NCBI GenBank assembly: GCA_963813715.1
Contig: CAWFAK010000012.1
Coordinates: forward strand, 1 to 64,000
From: an uncultured Planctomycetaceae bacterium
GTDB taxonomy: Bacteria; Planctomycetota; Planctomycetia; Planctomycetales; Planctomycetaceae
DNA: 64,000 bases
Direction of reading: 5' to 3'
A program made the translations under genes and the position numbers. Positions 55,208-64,000 of the stretch are shown in pieces; within the stretch, counting starts at the first letter, position 1; the number at the start of each line of letters is the position of its first letter. The notes beneath the pieces are model-generated. The model saw only the letters and a list, made by a program, of their open reading frames with translations. It was not told where the DNA came from and did not search any database.

Positions 55208-56309
55208 ATGCTCGAAGGCTCCCAGCGTCCTCCCCAAAACGGTCCTCCACAAAAAGGTCGCTCGGCCGCCGGCGATCCGCCGAACCGGTTTCTCGCCGTG
55301 CATCGCGCGGCCGACCCCGATGCGGAACTCGACCCGGAGGATGATCCGTCGCAGCAGCGCGTGGCGACGCAATTCCTGCCCGATCGCTCCGAGTCGATCG
55401 TCACCGAAAACGACAGCCCGGACGTCCCCTTTCGCTACAGCGTCAATCCGTATCGCGGCTGCGAGCACGGTTGCAGCTATTGCTACGCACGGCCCAGCCA
55501 CGAATATCTCGGGCTGGGGGCTGGCCTCGATTTCGAGTCGAAGATTTTCGTCAAGGAGCGGGCGCCGGAACTCCTTGCCCGCTGGCTCGCGCGTGACAGT
55601 TGGCAGCCGGAAATGATCTGCTTTTCCGGCATCACCGACTGCTATCAGCCGGCCGAGCGGAATTACGCAGCTCACGCGCGGTTGCCTGCAGGTGGCGGCC
55701 GAGGCGCGACAGCCGATCGGCATCATCACCAAGAATCGGCTCGTGACCCGCGACCTGGACGTGCTCGCGCCTATGGCTGAGCGGGCGCTGGTTCACGTGT
55801 CGATCAGCATCACCACGCTCGACGAGCAATTGGCACGGCGGATGGAGCCGCGCACGAGCCGTCCGACCGCGAGGCTCGAGGCGATTCGCGAGCTGTCACG
55901 GGCCGGCGTGCCCACGCGGGTGATGATCGCCCCGGTCATTCCCGGCCTCAACGACAGCGAGATTCCGCAAATCCTCAAAGCGGCTCGGGAGGCGGGCGCC
56001 GGCGCGGCCGGCCACGTGCTCTTGCGGCTTTCCGGCTCGGTGCGCCCGGTCTTCCTTGAATGGCTGGCGCGGAGCGAACCGACGCGCGCGGCGCGCGTCG
56101 AAGGGGCCATTCGCCAGACGCGGGGCGGCCAGCTCAACGACACGCAATTCGGACGACGCATGCGCGGCACCGGAACTCGCGCCGAGCAAATCGACCAAAC
56201 GTTCGCGACCTTCGCCAAGCGATATGGCCTCGACGGGCCGCTCTCGTCCTTCGATTTCTCGCAATTTCGACCGCCCCAAATTCCGGGCGGACAACTGCGA
56301 CTCTTTTAA
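55208..56309 (+). CDS. PA0069/SplB-like radical SAM protein; frameshift near 55670
   Basis: NDSPDVPF, NPYRGCEHGCSYCYARPSHEY, TDCYQPAE, EPRTS, APVIPGLND, RMRG.G. Confidence 0.92.
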
Positions 56310-56408
56310 GGATCGCTTGCGAGAGACGCGGGGCCAGGTCGGAGGACGCGCGCAAAAAAACGTCGCGAGGGGATCTCGAAATCCCGCCAATCATTGTAAT
56401 TCGCAGAC

Positions 56409-56444
56409 AAAAGCAGGCTGTCAACAAGCGAGTTGACAGCCTGC
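56409..56444 (-). terminator. Probable terminator downstream of the lipoprotein gene
   Basis: 13-bp stem gcaggctgtcaac / gttgacagcctgc with a T-run on the minus strand. Confidence 0.7.
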
Positions 56445-56580
56445 CCGATTCTGAATACGCGATCAAAACATCAAGCAGAGTAATGGCCGACGGATCGCCG
56501 AAGGCCCTTTGCATCGACTCGAGCGAGCACTGGATTGCTAATCCGGTGTGTCGGGAAACTGGCGGCGAAGATTCGATCGT

Positions 56581-56970
56581 TTATTTGGCCTTGAGCTTTT
56601 CAAGTTCCTCTTTGTTGAGCGCGTCAAGCTCGTCCTTCGACGGAACCTTCGCCAGGGCTTCTTTCGCCGCCGCCGCGACGTCGGGATCCGGATCGTTGAC
56701 AAACCGTTCATAGGCCGTCTTCAGCCCATAAATGCGCGCCGGGGACTCCTCTTCGGCGCTTTTCCTGATGTATTTGGCCCGTTCAGGCGGAGTAAGGCCG
56801 GCCAGAAAATTCCCGTACGATGTATTCGAGCCCATGCCCATCAGGCTCTGGTAATACTGGCTGTCCTTGAAGGTGTCTGATTCGACATTGGGGGGAGCAA
56901 TTCCGGACTTGCCGCACCCGGCGGCAAAGAGCACGCCAAACAAAAGTGCGAGGTAACTGGCATTCCTCAC
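56581..56970 (-). CDS. Small lipoprotein with a HEAT-like motif
   Basis: Lipobox LFAAGC; DPDPDVAAAAKEAL; lies downstream of the DUF1559 gene. Confidence 0.8.
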   Translation of the reverse strand: MRNASYLALLFGVLFAAGCGKSGIAPPNVESDTFKDSQYYQSLMGMGSNTSYGNFLAGLTPPERAKYIRKSAEEESPARIYGLKTAYERFVNDPDPDVAAAAKEALAKVPSKDELDALNKEELEKLKAK

Positions 56971-57076
56971 GTCAATTGATCCTTCGCTTTAATTCCCAAG
57001 AGCGCAAGTGACGCGGCCAGTCGACACGGTGACCTGCTGGACCAGGGGCGACGCATCACCTGCGCGAAGAAAACGC

Positions 57077-57117
57077 AAAAAAGGGCAGGCTGCCAACACG
57101 ATCGTTGGCAGCCCGCC
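57077..57117 (-). terminator. Terminator after the DUF1559 gene
   Basis: Stem ggcaggctgccaac / gttggcagcccgcc with T6 on the minus strand. Confidence 0.75.
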
Positions 57118-57152
57118 AATCTTACGAGAACTTAAACCGCAAAGCAGAACGC

Positions 57153-58469
57153 TTACGGTTCGCCGACAGAGCCGCTCACCGTTTCGCCACCCTGCATGGT
57201 GGAGAGGCCGGTGTAGATCGACATGTCGATGCTGTCGTTGATGAACTGCACCGAGCCATCGCACAACAGGAAGAGGCCCCCGTTCGGATGGTCGCTACGG
57301 AAGTTCGAGATACTGCCGATCTCGGGATTCGTAGCCGCCAACGGCGCCGGGTTGGGCTGGCCATTGCTGGCATTCCCCACACCGGTCAGCGACAGGCTGA
57401 TCGGCGGGCCGCCGGCTCCCGAAGCCCACGTGCTCAAGCACGTGTTAAAGGCACTGGTCACAAAGGCGGGACCGGTGCCGCCCGCAGGACCGCCCAAATC
57501 CGCAAAGGTGTCGGTGACCGGGTTCTTGTTGAGTTGCTCCATCGTGCAGCCGCCGTTGCCGGCCGTCAGCACAAATTGGGCAGCGATGGAGTTGTTCGTG
57601 CTGTTCACGAACTGGTCGTTGACGAGGACCTGAACCCAAACGGGCTGGGGCGCACCCGCCGCAGACGCTGGGACGCCGAGCGCCAAGACCGCGGCCGGTA
57701 CCGGGGACGGCCAGGTGGGGGGAGTGAGGCAGTAGCGGCCACGACAAATCGTGAACTTCGGCGTCAGGATCAAGGGAGACATCGCGGCTTCGCCGATGGC
57801 GAACGTGCTGCTCGTGCCGTCCGTGATGTCACGGATGCGAGTGTTCCCGTTGATGTTGAACACGCCGAGTTCCCGGGCCGGAATCTTTGAGGTCGCCCAG
57901 CAATATTGGTCGCAGACGCCGTGGCAGAGGGCGTAGTTGATCGGGACGTCATAAAGTCCCTGCGACGCCACCCCCAGTCCGGGGAACTGATCGGGGAAGG
58001 TGTCGGACGGGCAGCGGTACAGCCCACTGGCGCCGGCCGCTTGCAGCGCGGATCGCGTCAGCCCAATCCCGTTCGTGGCAGCCGTGACCGTTTGGCTATT
58101 GCACGCGCGATTCCACTGATAGGCGCGGGCAAAGGCGGTCTGCTCGTCGTACGGCGTCATCAGGACGAAGGCATTGGCCATCGCATGACCGTAGACGTTG
58201 CCCGGAAACGGGGCGCCTTGGGACGCCCAAGTGTTGCCATACACGGACGCGCCCATGGGGAACATGCGGCAGACGTCGTGGTAGTTGTGCATGGCAATGC
58301 CGAACTGCTTCAGGTTGTTGCGGCATTGGCTGCGGCGGGCGGCCTCGCGAGCCGCTTGGACGGCCGGAAGCAGCAGGGCGATGAGCGTCGCGATAATCGC
58401 GATCACCACCAACAGCTCGATCAGAGTGAAGCCAGCGCGCCGATCGCGCTTCGGCTCAAGTCGTAACAT
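57153..58469 (-). CDS. DUF1559 prepilin-type N-terminal cleavage/methylation protein
   Basis: [48 protein letters not shown]9-DG ([12 protein letters not shown]). Confidence 0.96.
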   Translation of the reverse strand: MLRLEPKRDRRAGFTLIELLVVIAIIATLIALLLPAVQAAREAARRSQCRNNLKQFGIAMHNYHDVCRMFPMGASVYGNTWASQGAPFPGNVYGHAMANAFVLMTPYDEQTAFARAYQWNRACNSQTVTAATNGIGLTRSALQAAGASGLYRCPSDTFPDQFPGLGVASQGLYDVPINYALCHGVCDQYCWATSKIPARELGVFNINGNTRIRDITDGTSSTFAIGEAAMSPLILTPKFTICRGRYCLTPPTWPSPVPAAVLALGVPASAAGAPQPVWVQVLVNDQFVNSTNNSIAAQFVLTAGNGGCTMEQLNKNPVTDTFADLGGPAGGTGPAFVTSAFNTCLSTWASGAGGPPISLSLTGVGNASNGQPNPAPLAATNPEIGSISNFRSDHPNGGLFLLCDGSVQFINDSIDMSIYTGLSTMQGGETVSGSVGEP

Positions 58470-58859
58470 CGTAGACTCCTTGAAACTGGAACGGCCGGAA
58501 AAAGAACTAGAACACCAAAAGGCAAAACACTGACGTAAAACATTGAGGTGAAAGCACTTAAGACACGGCTAAGGAACTACTGAATTTGTTTACACTGCAG
58601 AAGGGATTTACAGCGCACAGGTGAACCTAAACCTTCAGATTGAACTAAGCAAATAGGGGGCTACCTGAAAGAGGCATCGGGGAATCCCCGATGCCAGTCA
58701 GCAAAACCTGAAGAAAGGCTGCGAATTTGCTGAAAACTGAACCGGCCCTGCCGCGCTCTTGAGCAGCATGGAGAAAAATTAAGGCGGAAAACTGAAGGCC
58801 CACTCAGCCAAATTGGCCTTTTCGGACGCGCCGCACGGCGGAACGACCCGGGGCCGCGG

Positions 58860-59021
58860 AGTTGGGCTCCCGCCAAACGCTTGCCGACCTCCCACACGGG
58901 GCCGGGAAAGGGGTGGCAAGCGGCCATCACCTGGTCGAAGGCGCTGACCAGATTTGTCGACGTCGGCCTCGTTGATCACCAAGTACGGTAAGAGCTTGAT
59001 GACGTCGAGATAATGCCCAGC
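58860..59021 (-). pseudogene. Diverged duplicate of the 3' end of the hpnO-like gene (copy of 60783-60943)
   Basis: By manual alignment, 13 substitutions and 1 indel over about 162 bp. Confidence 0.9.
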
Positions 59022-59165
59022 GTCGGTCCGCCGCCGAGCTTGAGAGCCGGACCGCCTTGCCGAGATGACGGCGCAAATGCGGATTCCGCGGCCGAAAACG
59101 GCACGAACGTCCCCGTCATGGGAAGTATCCTGCATCACGATCGGCCGCTCGCGGAAGCCATCGTT

Positions 59166-59259
59166 TGAATCGCTCCGCCTCAGTGCTGATTCGCTCCACC
59201 TCGGTGCTGAATCGCTCCGCCGCGGGTTAATCACTCCGCCTCAGAGCGGCTTCGCTCCA
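59166..59259. repeat. Imperfect tandem repeat, unit about 21 bp, about 4.5 copies
   Basis: tgaatcgctccgcctcagtgc / tgattcgctccacctcggtgc / tgaatcgctccgccgcggg / ttaatcactccgcctcagagc / ggcttcgctcca. Confidence 0.85.
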
Positions 59260-59287
59260 ACGCCTTCTTCGCAAGGACATTCGTGAG

Positions 59288-60702
59288 ATGACTTACTCCC
59301 CCACTCTGCGTCGAGCGCTCGATCATGCAACCCGATTCTTGGATGACCTCGAATGCAGGCCGGTCGCCACGACCGTCGGACTCGACGAGCTGCGAACACG
59401 GCTGGAGGGCGCGTTGTCCGAAAGAGGTATGGATCCGGTCGATGTGATTGATGAACTCGTGGCCAACACGGAGGGTGGTCTTCTGGGTTCCACTGGCGGT
59501 CGCTTCTTTGCCTGGGTCATCGGTGGTGCGCTCGAGTCGGCTCTGGCCGTCGACTGGCTCACCTCAGCCTGGAATCAGAACGCCGTTCTGTTCTCGACGG
59601 GTCCGGCGGCCGCTGTTGTCGAAGAAGTTGTCGGCGCGTGGCTCAAGGAGTTGCTCGGACTGCCGACTGACGCATCGTTCGCGCTCACGACCGGATGCCA
59701 GTTGGCGCACTTCACGTGCCTGGCCGCGGCACGCTACGCCGTCCTGCGCGATTTGGACTGGAACGTCAACGAGCGCGGGCTATTCGATGCTCCCACGCTG
59801 CGAATACTGGCGAGCGACCAACGTCATGCCTCGGTCGATCGGGCTGTTCGCTATTTGGGGCTCGGCACCGAGAACATCATCGGAGTGCCCACGAACGCGG
59901 CCGGCCAGATCGATGTCGCCCTCTTCCAGGCGGCACTCGCGGACGAAACGGGCCCCAAGATCGTGGTGCTCAATGCGGCGGATTTGAACATTGCCGCAAT
60001 CGACGACTTCAACGAGCTGATTCCTCTGGCGCACCAATACGGCGCCTGGGTGCACATCGACGGTGCCTTCGGACTCATGGCCCGTGCGAGCCGGTCCAAG
60101 CGACCGCTCACCCGCGGGATCGAACTGGCTCAAAGCTGGGCGACGGATGGTCACAAATGGTTGAATGTCCCGTTCGACTGTGGTTTTGCGTTTGTGCAAG
60201 ATCGGGACGCGCACCGGGCCAGCATGACAGTCAGCGCCAACTACATCACGACGGATAAACAAGCCCGCGACGAGATTGACTGGAACCCGGAATGGTCGCG
60301 CCGCAGCCGCGGATTCACGGTCTATGCCGCGATCAAAGAGCTGGGGCGCGCCGGCTTGGAACAGCTCATCGACCGCTCCTGCGCCACGCTCGGGCGATCG
60401 TCGACGGCATCGGCCAGCTTCCCGGCACGGAGGTCTTGTGGAATTCTCAGCTCAATCAGGGACTCGTGCGGTTTATCGACGCGCGGCCCGGCGCTGGCGA
60501 GACGGATCACGACGCCCGCACCGACACCGTGATCGCGGCCGTCAACGCCACCGGCGAGGCGTTTTTCAGCGGCACGACTTGGCGCGGCAAGCGAGCGATG
60601 CGAGTCAGCGTCGTCAACTGGCGAACGTCGGAATCAGACGTGCAGCGGGCCATCAACGCGGTGGCCTCCGTGCTGACGCGCGGAAAAGATCTACGGTCCT
60701 AA
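59288..60702 (+). CDS. Group II pyridoxal-dependent decarboxylase; frameshift near 60385
   Basis: RFFAWVIGG, HASVDRA, WVHIDGAFG, SWATDGHKWLNVPFDCG, PEWSRR.R; C-terminal MRVSVVNWRT in the next frame. Confidence 0.92.
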
Positions 60703-60772
60703 GGCAACTCGTTGCGCACGGCTTTGGAGACCGATAGACCCGGTTCTTGTAACCGCGCCCGGGCTCAGGCCC

Positions 60773-62149
60773 CTAGCCCCTCAGCTGGGCTCCCGCCAAG
60801 CGCTTGCCGACCTCCCAGACGGGGCCGGGAAAGCGGTGGCAAGCGGCCATCACCTGATCGAAGGCGCCGACCAGATAGTCGACGTCGTCCTCGTTGATCA
60901 CCAGGGACGGTAAGAGCTTGATGACGTCCAGATGATGCCCGGCAACCTGGGCGAGCACGCGATGCTCGGTCAGCAGCGGAATCAGCATCGCCTGGCAAAA
61001 CAGGCTCGCATCGAGCGAGTGCAACAGGTTCCAGCCCATCTTGAGGGTCAGGCTGGTCGGCTGCTTAAACTCGATTCCGAGCATCAGCCCGCGGCCCCGC
61101 ACTTCGGAGAACATCTCGTACTGGCTGCCGACTGCGCGGAGCTTTTCGGCCAGCCGATTGCCCATCGCGGCCGAGTTCTCGACCAGCTTTTCTTCCTTCA
61201 GCACCGTCAGCGTGGCCAGTCCCGCCGCCATTGCCAGATCATTTTCGGTGAAGGTGGACGAATGGACAAAGCAGCGGTCCAGCCGCGAAAAGACCTTTTC
61301 GTGGATCCAGCGTTTGCTCAGCACGGCCCCCACGGGCATGTAACCGCCGGAGAGGGCCTTGGCGACGATCAGAATGTCCGGCTCGACGCCCCAGTGCTCG
61401 CACGCGAACATCTTGCCCGTGCGGCCCAGGCCCGTTTGCACCTCGTCGGCAATGAAGATCGCCTTGTGCTTGCGACAGAGCGCAGCCGCTTCGGGCAGGT
61501 AGCCGTCGCTGGGGACGAAAACGCCCTTCCCCTGAATCGGCTCGACGATGAAGCCGGCCACGTCGCCCCGGGCCAATTCCCGCTCGAGCGCGGCCAGATC
61601 GTTGAACGGGACGGCCGTCACCGGCTCGAGCATCGGCCCGAAGCCCTCTTTGAATTCGTCGTTGCCGTTAACCGACAGCGATCCCAGGCTCAGTCCGTGA
61701 AAGGACCGCTTGCAGTGGATGATCCGTGACTTGCCCGTCGCCGCGCGGGCGTATTTGATCGACGTTTCGACTCCTTCGGTCCCGCTGTTGGTGAAGAAGA
61801 CCATGTCGAGCTGGCCCGGCGCGAGCTGGATCAGCTCGCGGGCCAACAGCCCCGACAGCGAAGCGACGCCCATCGCGACGAGGTTGGGCAGGTCGAGATC
61901 CATCGCCTGCTTGAGCGATTCGCGGATCGCCGGGTGATTGCGGCCGCAGGCGAACGTGCCGAAGCCGGACAGGCAATCGACGTAGCGGTTGCCGGCCTCG
62001 TCGAACAGGTACGCGCCCTTCCCCCGCACGTACTGCTTGTTGTAGCCGATAACCTTGAGCGCCTTGCATAGGGCCGGATTGATCCGCTCTTCGGAGAGCA
62101 GCGCCAAATGGCCGCGCTCGTCGGTGAGCAACGCTTTCAGGTCCAGCAT
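60773..62149 (-). CDS. hpnO: Class III aminotransferase, HpnO-like (aminobacteriohopanetriol synthesis)
   Basis: EPIQGKG, DEVQTGLGRTG, AKALSGG. The segments GRNHP, DLPNLV, LFCQ..LIPL, QVAGH and PG.VW resemble HpnO as I recall it; not database-verified. Confidence 0.72.
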   Translation of the reverse strand: MLDLKALLTDERGHLALLSEERINPALCKALKVIGYNKQYVRGKGAYLFDEAGNRYVDCLSGFGTFACGRNHPAIRESLKQAMDLDLPNLVAMGVASLSGLLARELIQLAPGQLDMVFFTNSGTEGVETSIKYARAATGKSRIIHCKRSFHGLSLGSLSVNGNDEFKEGFGPMLEPVTAVPFNDLAALERELARGDVAGFIVEPIQGKGVFVPSDGYLPEAAALCRKHKAIFIADEVQTGLGRTGKMFACEHWGVEPDILIVAKALSGGYMPVGAVLSKRWIHEKVFSRLDRCFVHSSTFTENDLAMAAGLATLTVLKEEKLVENSAAMGNRLAEKLRAVGSQYEMFSEVRGRGLMLGIEFKQPTSLTLKMGWNLLHSLDASLFCQAMLIPLLTEHRVLAQVAGHHLDVIKLLPSLVINEDDVDYLVGAFDQVMAACHRFPGPVWEVGKRLAGAQLRG

Positions 62150-62433
62150 GCTGAATCTCGCGGCATCCAGTCCGCTGACACTCGCGCCCGGATCCGTGCG
62201 CGGCAGCGAGCCTGCACACTGTAAATACCGCGGAAATCACCGAGGGAATTACCGGGGACGAGCCGATCCTCTGGTCCCTGTGGTGAGAGCCACGACCGGG
62301 CCGCCGCCGCGCGACGAGAGTCGCCCGACCACGGCCCGTCCCAGGGACTTCGGCCGAAGAATACTTTGATTCCGCTCAGAGGGGCAAGTGCGTTTTGTGT
62401 CCGGCCCCGTTTCCGGCGGTCAATCGCAGGCCG

Positions 62434-63921
62434 TCACACCTTGTTCGGGGCGGGAACTTCGAAGCCCCGATTGTTGGCGTCCTTGAGCAACGCGTTGGCT
62501 TCGGTCGCGAATTCGCCGACGCAGCGCTCGGTCTGGGGATCGAACGTGAGCCAGGGCCCGACCACGTATTCGGCCTTGTCCTCGGGCACTCCCACGCCGT
62601 CCCGCATGATGGCGTGCAGCTTCATGAAGTGCTCGTGAGCGTCGGCATTATCGCCGAAACGGCCTGCTTTGGCGTTGAACGGAACCTTCTTGCCCAGGCG
62701 GTAGGAGTTGTTCATCAGGTGGCCCATCAGGCTGCCGTAGTGGGCCTCGACCGCGTTGCCGTTGGCCATCTCGGGCTTGCCCGCGCGACAGGCGGCGATG
62801 AAGGCCGCCCAGTTGCCGCCGGGAGTCACTTTGCCGGGAGGAACCGAGATCTTTTCGCCGGTCTTTTTCCCCTTCGCGAAATACATCAACTCCTTTTCGT
62901 CCTTCTTCTTCTTGTTCGTCGCGACGGGAACGATCTTGCCGCCGTCCTCGAAGTAATACTCGTTCTCGACCTGGTGTTCGTAGCCCTCATAGTCGACGTT
63001 GCGGACGTTGAAAAACACTTCCTGGCCGTTGGGGAATTGAGCGATGCCGAACATGGTGTTCGGAGTCTCTCCCTGGTCGTTCCACTTGAATCGTCCGCCA
63101 ATGGCCATCGCGCGGACGGGAGACGTCTGATCCTTGTCGAGGGCCCAGCGGGCGATATCGAGCTGGTGGGTCCCCTGGTTGTTCATGTCGCCGTTGCCCG
63201 TCTTCCAGAACCAGTGCCAGTTGTAGGGGACGAGATTGGCGTGATACTGGCTGACTTCGGCCGGGCCTTTCCACAAGTTCCAGTCGAGGTACGCGGGCGG
63301 ATTCGTGGGCGACTTGAAGCCGATGCCGAACCGCGGCTTGCAGCAGTAGCCGTAGGAGATCTTGAGCCGGCCGAACTTCCCTTCGTGAATGGCTTCGTGC
63401 AGGCCGGCAATTTTCGCGTTGCTGCGGCTCTGCGTGCCGTGCTGCACCACCACGCCGTACTTCTTCTGTGCCTCGAGGGCCGAGCGCCCCTCGCCGATGT
63501 CGTGGCTCATCGGCTTTTCGACGTAAACGTGTTTCCCCGCCTGGCAGCCCCAAATCGTGATCAGCGAGTGCCAGTGATTGGGCGTGGCAACCGAAATCGC
63601 GTCGAGCGAGCGATCTTCGAGAGCATGGCGCACGTCGGCCAGTCCCTTGGGTTGCGAGCGGCCTTTCGACTGTTTCGCGACAGCCTTGAGCGTCCGCGAC
63701 AGCACGTTGTGCTCGGGATCGATCAGGTAGACGATCTCGACGTTCGGCTGCTCCAGCCAACCCTTGATATGCGCTTTGCCGCGGCCGTTAAGGCCGGCGA
63801 CCGCGATTCGCAAACGGTCGTTGGCTCCGATGATCTTCCCCGAGGCACGAGTCCCCGTAATCAAGAGCGATGCGCCGGCAGCGGCAGTGCCTTGCAGGAA
63901 ATTTCGTCGTGAAAGAACCAT
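62434..63921 (-). CDS. Gfo/Idh/MocA oxidoreductase (Tat signal)
   Basis: SRRNFL, VATPNHWH, VYVEKP, YNWHWFW..GNGD..NQG.H. Confidence 0.93.
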   Translation of the reverse strand: MVLSRRNFLQGTAAAGASLLITGTRASGKIIGANDRLRIAVAGLNGRGKAHIKGWLEQPNVEIVYLIDPEHNVLSRTLKAVAKQSKGRSQPKGLADVRHALEDRSLDAISVATPNHWHSLITIWGCQAGKHVYVEKPMSHDIGEGRSALEAQKKYGVVVQHGTQSRSNAKIAGLHEAIHEGKFGRLKISYGYCCKPRFGIGFKSPTNPPAYLDWNLWKGPAEVSQYHANLVPYNWHWFWKTGNGDMNNQGTHQLDIARWALDKDQTSPVRAMAIGGRFKWNDQGETPNTMFGIAQFPNGQEVFFNVRNVDYEGYEHQVENEYYFEDGGKIVPVATNKKKKDEKELMYFAKGKKTGEKISVPPGKVTPGGNWAAFIAACRAGKPEMANGNAVEAHYGSLMGHLMNNSYRLGKKVPFNAKAGRFGDNADAHEHFMKLHAIMRDGVGVPEDKAEYVVGPWLTFDPQTERCVGEFATEANALLKDANNRGFEVPAPNKV

Positions 63922-64000
63922 GGGGAACTCCAAAAGCGCAGGGAGAGTGAACGGGCGGGACGGACTGCGGACAAAGGCGGCGGAGGATCGAATCGGCATC

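Noticed and set aside
58670..58740. Sigma54 promoter or c-di-GMP riboswitch upstream of the DUF1559 gene
   Set aside because: tggcat is not followed by ttgc at the required spacing, and no riboswitch consensus was recognisable on the coding strand.
58860..60943. Diversity-generating retroelement template/variable repeat pair
   Set aside because: The mismatches are not adenine-specific on either strand, many are synonymous, and no reverse transcriptase is present in the window.

Overview
High-GC chromosomal window from a planctomycete. The assignment rests on DUF1549/DUF1553, DUF1501 and DUF1559 proteins, the PVC small basic protein, a zinc-ribbon SpoVG and a PurS-fused PurL. Single-base indels split many genes, including housekeeping ones (ligA, purL, glmU-like, waaF), so most frameshifts are probably long-read errors; genes were joined across frames by eye. 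Contents in order: DDE IS; LPS core operon (hldE-waaF-GT4-kinase); nrdR; small basic protein and a GH3-family gene; an IS110/IS1111 element; ArsR/SRPBCC locus; glmU-like/prs; DUF1549/1553-DUF1501-ECF sigma-anti-sigma locus; BlaI/M56 pair; ligA; gmd; GT-C; EF-G-like; LamG/PPC protein; a reduced tad module; oxidoreductases; purL; tyrA; an accessory patch (SMI1/KNR4-like gene, 98-bp repeats); serine hydrolase; spoVG; ispE; radical SAM gene; DUF1559; PLP decarboxylase; hpnO-like aminotransferase. Best leads: (1) a bridge RNA downstream of the IS110 transposase whose guides match the element's own target and ends; (2) an anti-sigma factor apparently fused to a paralog of the neighbouring DUF1549/1553 protein; (3) a decarboxylase islet flanked by a duplicated hpnO 3' end; (4) unexplained structured 98-bp direct repeats. 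No rRNA, tRNA or CRISPR array was recognised.
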